This document shows, piece by piece, positions 1 through 11,369 of a stretch of 64,000 nt of DNA (positions within the stretch are counted from its first letter, which is position 1; each line of letters starts with the position of its first letter). The notes below the pieces were generated by a model. The model worked only from the letters and a program-made list of their open reading frames with translations, was not told where the DNA came from and did no database searches. Where the stretch lies: contig NC_043015.1 in the NCBI RefSeq assembly GCF_006345805.1, positions 51,398,001 to 51,462,000 of the forward strand, in the 5' to 3' direction. The stretch comes from Octopus sinensis (taxonomy: Eukaryota). A program made the translations under genes and the position numbers.

Positions 1-426
1 AACTGAAAGACGCTGTAAGGTAAGACTCTTCGCTTTTTGAGTCCGGTAGGATTTTTTGCCTGTTGGTTTAAATTTTTTTGAACAAGCAGGGAGTCCTTAC
101 TGGATTTCGAAGCTTTTTGTCTGCCTTGCGGTGGAGATGTGTGTTGTCTCACATAATTGTGAGAAATTGTATTTGAAAATTTTTGTGCCCACGTGGATTA
201 AAAGAATTGGCCAGGAGTACCTTTCGGCCGAAAATTTATTTCTTTACCTGGATTTGAACTCTCTTTTCACAGCTATCATTTATTTAAAAAAAAAAAAAGA
301 ACTTTATTTGAACTGTTATTTTTATTTTTTCTTCCCTACTATTGTGTCTTCTTTCTTTTTTTGTGTATCTTTCTTTATTTGAAAACGTATTGACGAACTA
401 TATTTGAACTTTTTATTTTAAAAAAC

Positions 427-1693
427 ATGGCGAAGGAAATATTAGGGTAGGAATTAACTCCTCCCAAATCATGGCTAAAAGAGCTTGAAAGGAAGACGGT
501 GGTGTTGAGGACTTATTCAAAATTGCTCGATACCATAACCGTCTTTCCGAAAGCCACAATTTTGAAAGAGCTGGCAGAATACATGCCAGCTATTAAATTT
601 ATTTCACAGGGAGTCAAATTTGCAATGGTCTGGTTGCTATTTGACTCCCCCAAAGAAGCTTGCGATTTTGCAAGCCGGCCCCTCGAGGGGAAGGAAATAA
701 TGTTTCTTCCAAGCTACTGTGGAAAGAAATTTTTGAAAGCTTGGATCTGTGGTTTGCCACCCGGAGTTGAGCCCGAGTGGATAGAGGACTCTATTCGCCG
801 GGGTCTAGGTGGTAGCAGTACCAAGCTGCTCAATGTAAAAATTTTGCCTGCGGCTGATTGGGAGGGGTCAAAAGCTGTGTTGACCCTATGGACCCAATCA
901 GCCGAAAGTCTGGTTTTTCCCAGATTTTTTGAGGATGACCGGATCTAGGTATCCGGTGATGCTTGAGAGATGCCCCCCCCCCAAGTGTCACCTGTGCCTG
1001 GAGACCAGCCACATCAAGAGAAACTGCCCCAAGGACCAAAATAGGATCCTGGAGCAGTTATCAGAGGAACCACTCCCTGCTCCCTCAATGGAGGGAGAGA
1101 AGGAGAAGGATGTCGAGGAGGGGAAAACCTCCTCGAAAAAACGAAAGCGAAAGGTGGGCAACAATGGTTGCCCACCAAAGAACCCGAGAGCTGCAGGAGA
1201 AAAGGAGGACCTACTGGACACAGCAAGGGAACACCACTCTCACGCAGCCCAAGGGAAAAAGAAAAGAAAGAAGAAAAACGGGACATTGCTGGCAGGTTGT
1301 GACACGCTGCCGGCGTGTCCCAATTCTCCTTTGGCAGGTGTGCTGCTGGAGGAGAAATTTTTGGTCCTCTTCAACAAGGGAGGAACCTTGCAAAATGAAA
1401 TCCAAAAAATTGAAAGGAAGTGCCGGTGGGAGCCCCTCCCACAGGCACTTCCTTAATTTTTTTGATTTTTCTGTCCTACACGGAGGACCCTGAGTGGCCT
1501 TCGCAGGTGGCTGCAGAGGTCTTATGCAAGAACGATCTATGGAAGATAATGAACTCCTTCCCGAAGGACTCCTTCAGATTTATGTTGAAACCTTTAAGTT
1601 CGGAACCGACCAAGTGCTTCGATGAAGCGAGGAGCCTGGCCGGGCGGAAAAGTTGAAGAGGTGTATTACCTCAAAAAGAGACTAAAAATGTAA
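427..1693 (+). pseudogene. Decayed gag-like ORF1 (CCHC zinc knuckle) of an L1/Tx1-like non-LTR retrotransposon; about 420 codons when repaired; followed by short 3' UTR and A-tail (about 1779-1790)
   Basis: ATG at 427 is in frame with ORF 499-948 but interrupted by TAG at 448-450. Frameshift near 940 leads to CHLCLETSHIKRNC (C-x2-C-x4-H-x4-C, 986-1027), then a Lys-rich tail. Further slips near 1450 and 1650 sit in homopolymer runs; the repaired frame ends ...EEVYYLKKRLKM* at 1691-1693. Clade assignment is from recalled similarity. Confidence 0.7.
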
Positions 1694-1954
1694 AAAGTGA
1701 TAGGATTATTACCTCGTGTTTGTGTTTTATTTTTAATTTTGAACTGTGTAAGAGGTTTATTGCCTCATTGTGTTTTTTAAAAAAAAAAGAAAAGAAGAAC
1801 AATGTTTTAGAGAAGCGAAAGTCGGCGGGCACTTTTCGTCTTCTCCCATCCTTATCATCCATATATCATCATCATTCATCCCATTAATGTCTCTGTCTAG
1901 CCCTCAATCTTCTCTCTGTGTGCTGCCCTTGTGGCAAATTTAATGAAATAAAGA

Positions 1955-2270
1955 AGCTTGCTTCCCAACCACATAGTTCCAGGTTCAGTTCCACTGTAGG
2001 GCACCTTGAGGAAGTGTCCTCTACTATAGCCTTGGGCCAACCAAAGCCTGTGAATGAATTTGATAGATGGAAACTGTATTTGTACCCCGGCTGTCACTTG
2101 ACAACCGATGTTGGTGTGTTTATGTCCCCATAACTTAGAGGTTCAGCAAAAGAAACCGATAGAATAAGTACTAGGCTTAGAAAGATAAGTCCTGGGGTCG
2201 ATTTCTTTGACTAAAGGCATTGCTCCAGTATGGTTGCAGTCAAGTGACTGAAACAAATAAATGAAAAAAA
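1955..2270 (+). mobile_element. SINE family A copy (tRNA-type head, CORE-like middle), internal microsatellite lost
   Basis: GGTTCAGTTCC B-box-like motif, GGCACCTTGAGGAAGTGTC core, tail ...GACTGAAACAAATAAA; homologous to the fuller copies at 6010, 18041 and 37163. Confidence 0.8.
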
Positions 2271-2301
2271 GTATATATATGCATGTGTGTGTGTGTGTGT
2301 A

Positions 2302-2509
2302 TGAAAGGGTGCTGAAAGGTTCCTTGCTTTAAAGGCCTAGCTAAAGGGGCCTGGTTGGAGGCTCAACCCTGTCAGTTTTTTTTTTTTACGGGGCTTCAAA
2401 TAACTGAAGGTCCACTGTAGTAATGTGTGAATTTAAGAGGGGAATATGTTTATTAAAATCATAATTAATTGATACCCTTAAAACCAGGGACTTTTCTGCA
2501 CCCTGCTCA
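2302..2509. mobile_element. Mariner-derived MITE (about 208 bp)
   Basis: Left TA|TGAAAGGGTGCTGAAAGGTTCCTTGCTTTAA is inverted to right TTAAAACCAGGGACTTTTCTGCACCCTGCTCA. Interior keeps a decayed transposase end (...C V N L R G E Y V *). Second copy at 44935. Confidence 0.7.
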
Positions 2510-2550
2510 TGTGTGTGTGGTGTGTGTGTGTGGTGTGTGTGTGTGTGTGT

Positions 2551-2589
<39 letters not shown>

Positions 2590-2590
<1 letters not shown>

Positions 2591-2770
2591 CTGCCCACCA
2601 CTCGACAATCAGCATTGGTGTATTTATGTTCCCATAACTTAACGGTTCGAGAAAAGAGACTGATAGAATAAGCACCAGGCTTAACAACTAAGTACTGAGG
2701 TGGATTCCTTTGGCTAAAATTCTTCAAGGTGGTGCCCCAGCATGGTCGCGATTTAATGAGTGAAACGAGC
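2590..2770 (+). mobile_element. SINE family A, 3' half
   Basis: Follows a (GT)n tract; GACAATCAGCATTGGTGT...GATAGAATAAGCACCAGGCTT...CCCCAGCATGG matches the family-A tail. Confidence 0.7.
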
Positions 2771-2839
2771 GAAAGAAATTAAAAAGGAAACAGTCAATGC
2801 ATTCAACGCTAATTATGAATATGTTTTATCCAATTTCAG

Positions 2840-2963
2840 TTCGCTTGAACTCGCTGTGAAACACAAGACACATGTTGATACGGTTTTAGCATACAGACAG
2901 AAATATCTGCAAAACTTTAATAAAACTGAAACAAACAAGAAATTCCTTCAGTACATGGAAACG
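2840..2963 (+). CDS. IFT80: Internal coding exon of intraflagellar transport protein 80 (near C-terminus)
   Basis: Acceptor TTTCAG at 2834-2839 and donor ACG|GTAAGT at 2963/2964; 124 nt, phase 2 to phase 0. Peptide [41 protein letters not shown] closely matches the IFT80 C-terminal motif I recall ([40 protein letters not shown]). Confidence 0.92.
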
Positions 2964-3283
2964 GTAAGTTCTGTATTTCTTTATTTTTCTGAAGCGAATC
3001 TATTTTCAGAGTTAATTTGCAATATTTTTTCAGCTTCTGAATTGATTAATATTAGAAATTCTGCTAGTGTTTTTGTGTTTAATACGGCTTGAAGGAAATA
3101 TTATTTCTGTGTGGTTTATACACGTATTTGATAATATTTATACATACACACTCTATAAGCAATATGAGCGCATAGATAGAAAGTGATATATATTTATGTA
3201 AGTAATACATAGATACAAACTGAGTTATATTTACACATATTGCTTGCATTTTGTGTAATGTAAGCAATAAGGATGCATAAATA

Positions 3284-3849
3284 TTGGGTTGTCTGGAAAG
3301 TTCATGCCGATTTATAGTAGCTTACCTTTCGACTTATTTTAGAACATGATTGAGTCCATAAAATAGGATTTGACTACACCTCCATTTAGAGCACAGTTTA
3401 AGCTATCTTTTCGTGGAAGAAGGTTTATGTTCCTATAACCTGTGTTAATTCTGTAACTCTTTAAAATGGAAGATAAGAAAGTTCATTTTCGGCACTTGAT
3501 GCTTTGGGAACCTGACAAAAATTGCTGCAGCTCAGCTGGGATGTGTTACCCCACCCTCCATATTCACCAGAGATTGCTCCTTCGGATTTCCACTTATTCA
3601 GGTCTCTGCAGAATAGTCTTAATGGTAAAAATTTCAATTCCTTGGATGACACAAAAAGATACCTTGATAAATTCTTTGCTATGAAACCACCTCAATTCTG
3701 GGAAGAGGGTATTTTCAAGTTAAAGGAAAGATGGAGATGCATTGTGCAACAAAATGGTTCATGTTTGGTTGATTAAAAATGTAATGGCAAGTATTTATTG
3801 ACCTTTATCTTTCCTTTAAAAATCGGCACATACTTTCTGGACAACCCAA
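3284..3849 (+). mobile_element. Internally deleted mariner element with both TIRs and TA target duplication
   Basis: 30-bp TIRs 25/30 identical (TTGGGTTGTCTGGAAAGTTCATGCCGATTT); TA on both sides. N-terminus MEDKKVHFRHLMLWE (3466) is fused near 3510 to C-terminus WDVLPHPPYSPEIAPSDFHLFRSLQN...ERWRCIVQQNGSCLVD*. Confidence 0.92.
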
Positions 3850-3974
3850 TAGAAAGCAAATTATGCAATACAAATAACAAGGTGATATTTTTTTCAAGCA
3901 CAGAGTTGCCATTAGAACAGCCAAAATACCAGGTAAATTACCCTTACAAGGCGGAAAAATTTGTCAATGACCAG

Positions 3975-4080
3975 GCTTTCGGGGTCAATAAATTAAGTAC
4001 CAGTTGTGTCCCGGGATTTATCTAATTGACTGGCCCCCTTCCTCAAAATTTCGGGCCTTGTGCCTAGAGTAGAAAAGATT
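3975..4080 (+). mobile_element. SINE family B (tail type B1), 5'-truncated
   Basis: GGGGTCAATAAATTAAGTACCAG core plus ...GGGCCTTGTGCCTAGAGTAGAAAAG tail. Confidence 0.75.
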
Positions 4081-4654
4081 ATTATTATTATCTGCATTTG
4101 AAAAAATATCTTCTTATTAGTATCGTACGATACTCATTTTTCATGCACCTGATAAAAGAACAAATATTTGTTTGTCTACATTTATATACACAAAATAAAT
4201 TATATTCACATGCAGACACAACATAAATATTTGTATGTACACAGGAAGTTGGCAATATTTTCAAATGTGTGGCTGAGGTAGGCTGCAAGCATAGGGCCAG
4301 TGATTTCATGTGAATGGCCAAGAGGCCTTGCCGAAAGCAGAGGATGAAGGAAGTGATGTGAGATGAAGAATGACTGGTGTGAGCCTCTTTTGCTTTAGGG
4401 CTGTCGCTTAGGATGGATGTGGTGGCTGTGTGAGTGGAGGGAGTTTTCTGTTAGGTTCTGGACAGAGGTTAGGTGGGTTGGGCTCCTATGGGTATATCCC
4501 AACTGGAAAGGATTGACATGCCAAGAGTGGTAGGTGAATTATGACTCTACCACAGGAATTGAACCGTATTGACATGTACACAGAAAGTAAATAATATTTA
4601 TAAATATGCAGGAAGTATACAATATTCGCATAAAAACAGGAAGCAGACAATCTT

Positions 4655-4972
4655 CATCATCATCATTTAACATCCATTGTCTGTGCTGGCATGGGTTGAT
4701 GGTTTGACCAGGGCTGGTAAGTTGAGGGGCTGCACTAAACACCAGTCTGATTTGGCATGGTTTCTACAGCTGGATGCCCTTCCTAATATCAACTATTCCG
4801 AGAGTGTTATGGATGCTTTTGCATGCCACCAGCATGGGTGCCAGTTGCTTGATACCCTTATTTACAATGACTACGATTTCACTTGGCTTGATGGGTCTTC
4901 TTCTCAAGCACACCATGTGTTCCAAAGTCATTTGGTCATTTGTCAAGCATATTGCCAACGGTCTCGGTCATT
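4655..4972 (-). mobile_element. RTE-clade LINE 3' end (end of ORF2 plus 3' UTR plus (GAT)n tail)
   Basis: Minus strand reads DRDRWQYA...LEKKTHQAK*, then the GGAAGGGCATCCAGCTGTAGAAA 3' UTR and a GATGAT tail. This links the abundant 3' UTR fragments in the window to the RTE ORF. Confidence 0.7.
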
Positions 4973-4996
4973 TGTCAATATTTATACATATAGGAA

Positions 4997-5630
4997 AGCG
5001 GCAAGCTGCCAGAAACATTAGCACGCTGGGTGAAATGCTTCTTGGTATTTCATCTGTCTTTACATTCTGAGTTCAAATTCCGTTGAGGTCACCTTTGCCT
5101 TTCATCCTTTCGGGGTTGATAAATTAAATACCAGTTGAGTACTGGGGTCAGTCTAATCGACTGCCCACCCCCCTCCCCAAAAATTTTGGGCCTTGTGCCT
5201 AGACTAGAAAAGAATATTTAAGGCACTGAGCTGGCAGAATTGTTAGCATGCCGGGCGAAATGCTAAGGGGTATTTCGTCTGTCTTTACATTCTGAGTTCA
5301 AATTCCGCCAAGGTCGACTTCGCCTTTCATCTTTTTGGGGTCGATAAATTAAGTACCAGTTGCCTACTGGTGTTGATCTAATTGATTGCCCCCCTTCCCA
5401 AAACGTTCAGAGTAGAAAAGAATATTTATACATATATGAAGTAAACAAGTAGACAATATTTAGCATTTTTTTTTGTTTCGCTTCATGTTCTGAGTTCAAA
5501 TTCTGCTCAGTTTGCTTGTGGGTTTCACCTTTTAGGGTTGATAAAATAAATACTGGTGAAGCACTGGGGTCGATATAATTGGCTAGCCTCCTCCTCTGAG
5601 ATATCAGGCCTTGTGCCTGTAATAGAAAGG
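4997..5630 (+). mobile_element. Three head-to-tail SINE family B (B1) copies (about 4997-5216, 5221-5425, partial 5470-5630)
   Basis: Repeated GAGCTGGCAGAA...GAGTTCAAATTCC...GCCTTTCATCCTTT.GGGGTCGATAAATTAAGTACCAG modules. Confidence 0.8.
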
Positions 5631-5789
5631 TGTGTTTAGGTGTGCAAAGTGTTTAGGTGTGTATTTACACATTCTTTCAATAATGATGTACACCAACAGG
5701 GAGAATCTAATTGGACATAAAAATCATGTCTGATGATGGGGAAATATTACCCTGCTTGGAAACAGATAAGAGTTGGCAACGAGAAGAGC

Positions 5790-5905
5790 ATCTGGCTGTT
5801 GAATGGCAACAGGAAGGGCATCTTACTCGGCAAATCACACCTGACCCATGCAAACATAGAAAACTGGATGTTAAAACGATGAGGATGATGATGATGACGA
5901 CGATG
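5790..5905 (+). mobile_element. RTE LINE 3' UTR fragment
   Basis: AGGAAGGGCATC...ACCCATGC...GATGTTAAAACGATGAGGATGATG tail. Confidence 0.6.
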
Positions 5906-6009
5906 ATGATTTTTCCATCCTTTGTAAGCTGTGGAAAGGCCTTTGTTGTAAACTAAAGCACATTTTTCAAAAACTGGTCCCTTTGTACCTTCTACTTGTA
6001 GACTACATA

Positions 6010-6410
6010 GGCACAGGAGTGGCTGTGTGGTAAGTAGTTTGCTTACCAACCACATGGTTTCAGATTCATTCCCACTTCGTGTCACCTTGGGCAAGTGCCT
6101 TCTACTATAGCCTCAGGCCAACCAAAGCCTTGTGAGTGGATTTGGTAGATGGAAACTGAAAGAAGCCTGTCGTATATATGTATATATATGTATGTGTGTG
6201 TATATGTTTGTGTGTCTGTGTTTGTCCCCCCACCCAACATCGCCTGACAACCAATGCTGGTGTGTTTACGTTCCCGTAACTTAGCGGTTCAGCAAAAGAG
6301 ACCAATAGAATAAGTATTAGGCTTACAAAGAATAAGTCCTGGGGTCGATTTGCTCAACTAAAGGTGGTGCTCCAGCATGGCCACAGTCACATGACTGAAA
6401 CAAGTGAAAG
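6010..6410 (+). mobile_element. Full-length SINE family A
   Basis: GGCACAGGAGTGGCTGTGTGGTAAG head (A-box-like), B-box-like GATTCATTCCC, internal (TA)/(TG) tract, tail ...GACTGAAACAAGTGAAAG. Confidence 0.9.
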
Positions 6411-6814
6411 GGTATAGACTAAGAGTACATTTCTATCACCATCACTTCTTGCAGCAGCAGTACCCCCCCTCCACCGCTACCACATCCACCACCATCCCAC
6501 CACTAGTGCCACCATCACCACCATTGTTGCTACTGCTGTTGTCAATTATGTCACTCAGGACAGCATTTTTTTAAATTGAATTTTCTGAGAAAAAATTGCA
6601 GGGTTCCACAAAATGGAATCTGATAAATGGAAAAAAAAAAATTAAAAAATGGTATTTGCCAATGTTAAAATAATTATTACATAATATTTTTTCTTAATTG
6701 CCATCATTTTCACCACCACCACTACTACTATAATCATCATCATCCCCCATCACCACCATCACTGCCATCATTATCATCACCTCCAACATACCATCACCAC
6801 CATTGTCATCATCA

Positions 6815-7020
6815 TTATCAGTTTTTCCAGCCACTTTCCATGTTGGCATGGGTTGGACAGATTTTCACCATCCAAGTCCACTCTCACTTGCCATTACAAC
6901 TCCTAAAACCTAATTTCCATTATGTGTCATTTATATTGGTTTGTAGATCTGGATGTCCTTCTCAATGCGAACTACTTTACAGTGTAGTGGGTGCATATTT
7001 TCATAGCACCAACTCTAGAA
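6815..7020 (-). mobile_element. RTE LINE 3' UTR fragment, degenerate
   Basis: CATCATTATC...TTCCATGTTGGCATGGGTTGGACAG...CTGGATGTCCTTC...CAGTGTAGTGGGTGC. Confidence 0.6.
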
Positions 7021-7356
7021 GGGTTGATTATACCTTGGCAAGACAGGACTAGAGGGATTTCCAAACCCTACACTTTCTCTGCTTATTTGACCTCCCTTCC
7101 ATCAATCATTCTTGAAGAATATTTAACCTTTAGTATTCTGTAGGTGCATCATGTCACTGTATGAGTTTTCTCCCCTGTAGTAGCAGGACAGTGGCAGGGG
7201 AAATAAATCCAGAAAAAAAAATGCAGTATGTTAGAGGTTAAAAAAACAGAAACTTCAAAGAAAATAAAATTAAAATGTGAGACACTTTCCGTTTAATTCA
7301 ATAACATGATCCTAATTTTTATAATCTCATGTGATATAAGATATTTTGTTGTTTAA

Positions 7357-7564
7357 TCCTTTAGCTATATTCAGCCCAAATATTCTACCTGTTTTAAGTT
7401 CAAATTGGCCAGATCCAGCCTCTCATACCTGCCCTGCAATGTCATTCTAAAACTTAACAGTTAACTCGTTGAAGTCTCAAAGCTACAAGATAATACATGA
7501 TTAATTCAAAACAATGTTGATAAATATGTGTTAGATTTGATAAAGTAATCTGAATGCTAAAGAG
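7357..7564. mobile_element. piggyBac-like MITE (second family), degenerate
   Basis: TTAA|TCCTTTAGC at left and GCTAAAGAG|TTGA at right (decayed CCCTTTAGC...GCTAAAGGG with TTAA site); related reverse fragment near 57300-57420. Confidence 0.5.
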
Positions 7565-8124
7565 TTGAAGCAGTTTTAATCTCAGCTGTTGTTAATCCTT
7601 AACCACTACCTTCACTGCAAAAATACATGTAGATGTGTGCCCCTTTAAGTTGATCAGATTGAAAAGACAGTGGACGAATAGCAGCGTGATTCAGAGTTGC
7701 AGAGAAAAGGGGAAAATGACAGCTGTAAAGGACAGGATGCAATAACAGAAGGAATAATGCACAATGGAAGTGTGTTGCACATTCCACTGCACAATTGCTA
7801 TCTGCTTCTGCTTTGTGTAACTGCATTTGTCTGCTGAACACTGCGGAAGATATGCCTCAGTGAATGCCTTAGAGGGGGACTATAGGGACAGTTGGCTGCC
7901 CCCTGTTACTAGTGTTGCTGCTGCTGCTGTTGTTATGTGTGTGTGTATATGTGTAAAGTGGCTTAGGTTTGTGAAGGGAGCTGCTGAAATAATTGGGCCC
8001 CATTGATGTAGGGTTGAAAAAAAAGGGATCATTGGAGTAAGGAAAAGATGTGATTAAACCGAAGAACAACTGTGTATCTCAAGTTTAAACTTATATTTCT
8101 TTGTAATGTTCAGATTGCTGCTCT

Positions 8125-8141
8125 CTGTTTGTCTGTGTATT

Positions 8142-8172
<31 letters not shown>

Positions 8173-8354
8173 TATCTGTCTATCTATCTATTTATCTATC
8201 TGTGTCTGTCTATCTACATCTCTGTCTATGTATGTATGTATGTATGTATGTATGTATGTATGTATGTATGTATCTATCTATCTATCTATTATCTGTCTAT
8301 CTATCTATTTACCTATCTGTGTCCGTCTATCTACATCTCTGTCTATGTATCAAT

Positions 8355-8408
<54 letters not shown>

Positions 8409-8471
8409 GTCTACATCTCTGTCTGTTTGTCTGTCTCTCTCTTTCTCTCTGTATATATATATTTATATATA

Positions 8472-8510
<39 letters not shown>

Positions 8511-8935
8511 TTACACACACACACATATCTTTCTATGTATGCATGTATTATTTATTTTTCTGTCTATATATATGTATGAATCTATTATCTATCTGTCTGT
8601 ACGTGTCTGTCTGGCCTCAATCAATCAATCAATCAATTAATCAATCAATCAATCAGTCAATCAATCAATCCGTCTGTCTTGCTCTGTGTGTGTATATATA
8701 CGTATGTATGCATTATCTATTGCTATTGTATGTCTTTATGTTGGTCTCCATGCTTTTCTATCCATCCTGTCTGTATATCTTTATATCTATGTCTGTCTAC
8801 CTCTCTCTCTCTCTCCCCCTCTATTTCTGCACATATATATCAGTCAATTCTTCCACCCATCCTCCATCCACCCAACCATATATCCGTCTCTCTTTTCCTT
8901 CCTTCCTTCCTTCCTTCCTTCCTTCCTGCCTTCCT
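8125..8935. repeat. Compound microsatellite (GTCT, ATCT, ATGT, TA, ATCA, CCTT)
   Basis: Direct reading; includes an internal duplication of about 70 bp (near 8160-8230 and 8277-8350). Confidence 0.95.
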
Positions 8936-9439
8936 ACTCTTCTCTCCTCTCCATCCTCTTTAATGCCATCAAACGTCTTCAGAGGGAAAGACCTAAAGCA
9001 ATGCAGTTAAATTCTAAAACAAAGAATTGAATGGTTCCTACAGATTATTTCTTGTTATTTATCCTGATTATGAAATCTCATTCAACAAAAACCAAAATAA
9101 GATACAAATATTTACCATTTTATCACTTGCAATTCCACTTTTAGAATATTTCACAGTCTGTGAATGGCAATTTTGTTTTCAATTGAATATGCTGTTTCAA
9201 TAGAAATTCTAAAACACACACACCTGTCTTAATTCCATGTTATGGAGATATTCTGATCTCTGATTTCAATATTTCCTTGACAACACTCAAAGTGGTGATC
9301 TATTTGAATGGAACGATTCGTGGCATTTAGTCCTTTGTAGTTACTAAAATGGTGTCTTAATAGGAAGAAGCATTGCTCCGGCAGACTCTTATGGAATTAG
9401 TTTGTAACAGTACTTTGCAGTGGCGTGCACACACAAACA

Positions 9440-9541
9440 CACACTCATGCATACATATGTGTGTATATATATGCATATATAGATATTCATAGATATACAT
9501 ACACAGACACACAATCAAATATATAAATGTATGTATACATA

Positions 9542-9577
<36 letters not shown>

Positions 9578-9688
9578 TGTATGTATGTATGTATGTATGT
9601 ATGTATATATATATGCATACACACACCACACACAGACATAAATATATACATGTAATATATATATATGTATGTATGTGTGCTTATGTAA

Positions 9689-9756
<68 letters not shown>

Positions 9757-9867
9757 ATATGTATGTGTGTGTATATATAAATATATACATATATACAGAG
9801 CAAATTGCCTATATATGTATATAAAGATATATATTCAGATATATATGTAAACACACACACACACACA

Positions 9868-9956
<89 letters not shown>

Positions 9957-10044
9957 ATAAACACACAAAAATGTATATGTTTTTAAGCACTTTCCCCATA
10001 TCTTTTCCACGTCTAGTTTCTATTTTCTTTTTGAAACATATTTC

Positions 10045-10082
<38 letters not shown>
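9440..10082. repeat. Compound microsatellite (ATGT, TA, CA, CT)
   Basis: Direct reading. Confidence 0.95.
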
Positions 10083-10085
<3 letters not shown>

Positions 10086-10607
10086 AGATAAAATTCCCAC
10101 AGCCATATACGGACATTCATAAGAGGTATTGGAAATCATTATCGATAATTAGATTTTGCTGCCAAACATGCTATGCTAAATGCCAAGTCAGGTAATATTT
10201 ATATCTAAGTACTTTCGAAACCCCTCTTGTCTTTACTTTACACAAGATATATAAGTATATATATATATGTGAATATTTGTCTTGTTGTTGTTGCTGTTGA
10301 AGAAACACAACAGCAGTGTTGTATCTGGTTTTTTGTTTTTCTGGCATAATGTATCTTAGACTACAATATCCATTGTGCTCTTCTTTTTCTTCTTTTTTTC
10401 TTTGATTGGTTTCTATGAGAGTCAAGTGTGATTGAAAGGAGATTTGGCTGCTATTTCTAGCAGTTTAAAAGTGCTGAATAGAGGGTTCTAGTTTTGGCTG
10501 AATGAATGAATGTGTGTGTGTGTGTGTTTGTGCTCACATGCATATGTGTGTGTATGCATACTTGTGTGTCTATTTGCAAGCATGTGTACGTGTGCCTCTC
10601 TCTCTCT

Positions 10608-10982
10608 CTTTTACTTGTTTCAGTCATTTGACTGCAGCCATGCTGGAGCACTGCCTTTAGTCGAGCAAATCGACCCCAGGACTTATTCTATCGGTATCTT
10701 TTGCCAAACCACTAAGTTACGGGGATGGGAACACACCACCATCGGTTGTCAAGTGATGTTGGGGGGACAAACACAGACACACAAACATATACACACACAC
10801 ACATATATATACATATATATGATGGGCTTCTCTCAGTTTCTGTCTACCAAATCCTCTCACAAGGCTTTGGCCGGCCCAAGGCTATTGTAGAAGACATCTG
10901 CCCAAGATTCCACACAGTAGGATTGAACCCAGAACCATGTGGTTGGTAAGCAAGCTACCTACCACACAGCCGCTCCTGTGCC
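10608..10982 (-). mobile_element. Full-length SINE family A
   Basis: Reverse complement of the 6010 copy from tail TTTTACTTGTTTCAGTC to head CACACAGCCGCTCCTGTGCC. Confidence 0.9.
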
Positions 10983-11369
10983 TATGTGTGTGAGTGCATG
11001 CTGATAGTTGCAGACCTGAAATGAATTGAAATTCTCTGAAGACATTGTTTACTCCCAGGTTAAAGACATTCCAACTATGACCATCCATCTTTTTTGTTTC
11101 CGGAATAGTATATACTGGATAACTTGCAGTTTAGCTGCTATGTCTTGTAGGCTGAATTACCACCTGGATATTTCCTCATTGACTTTACATCTCATTACGT
11201 ATCTCAAATGTATGCTTAATTCTGTTTGTCTTATGTTACCTGGTAGTGGAAGCACATGACTTGAATTCTTTCAGCAGAAAATATTTATCCACCAATATTA
11301 TTCTACTTTGTCATTAACACTCGTATGTATGTATTTTTGTATGTATGTATGTGTGTACATATGTATATA

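Noticed and set aside
56-382. 108-aa ORF as a LINE ORF2 end or host gene
   Set aside because: No recognisable motif; the C-terminal half is A/T runs. More likely UTR of the adjacent element.
6010-6090. tRNA gene calls for SINE heads
   Set aside because: A/B-box-like words are present but no cloverleaf can be built, and each continues into a SINE body.
8072-9010. 312-aa ORF and the many other I/Y/C/V/H/T-rich ORFs in the track
   Set aside because: They are translations of microsatellites (ATCT, TA, CA, TG, CAT), which lack stops by construction; no domain content.
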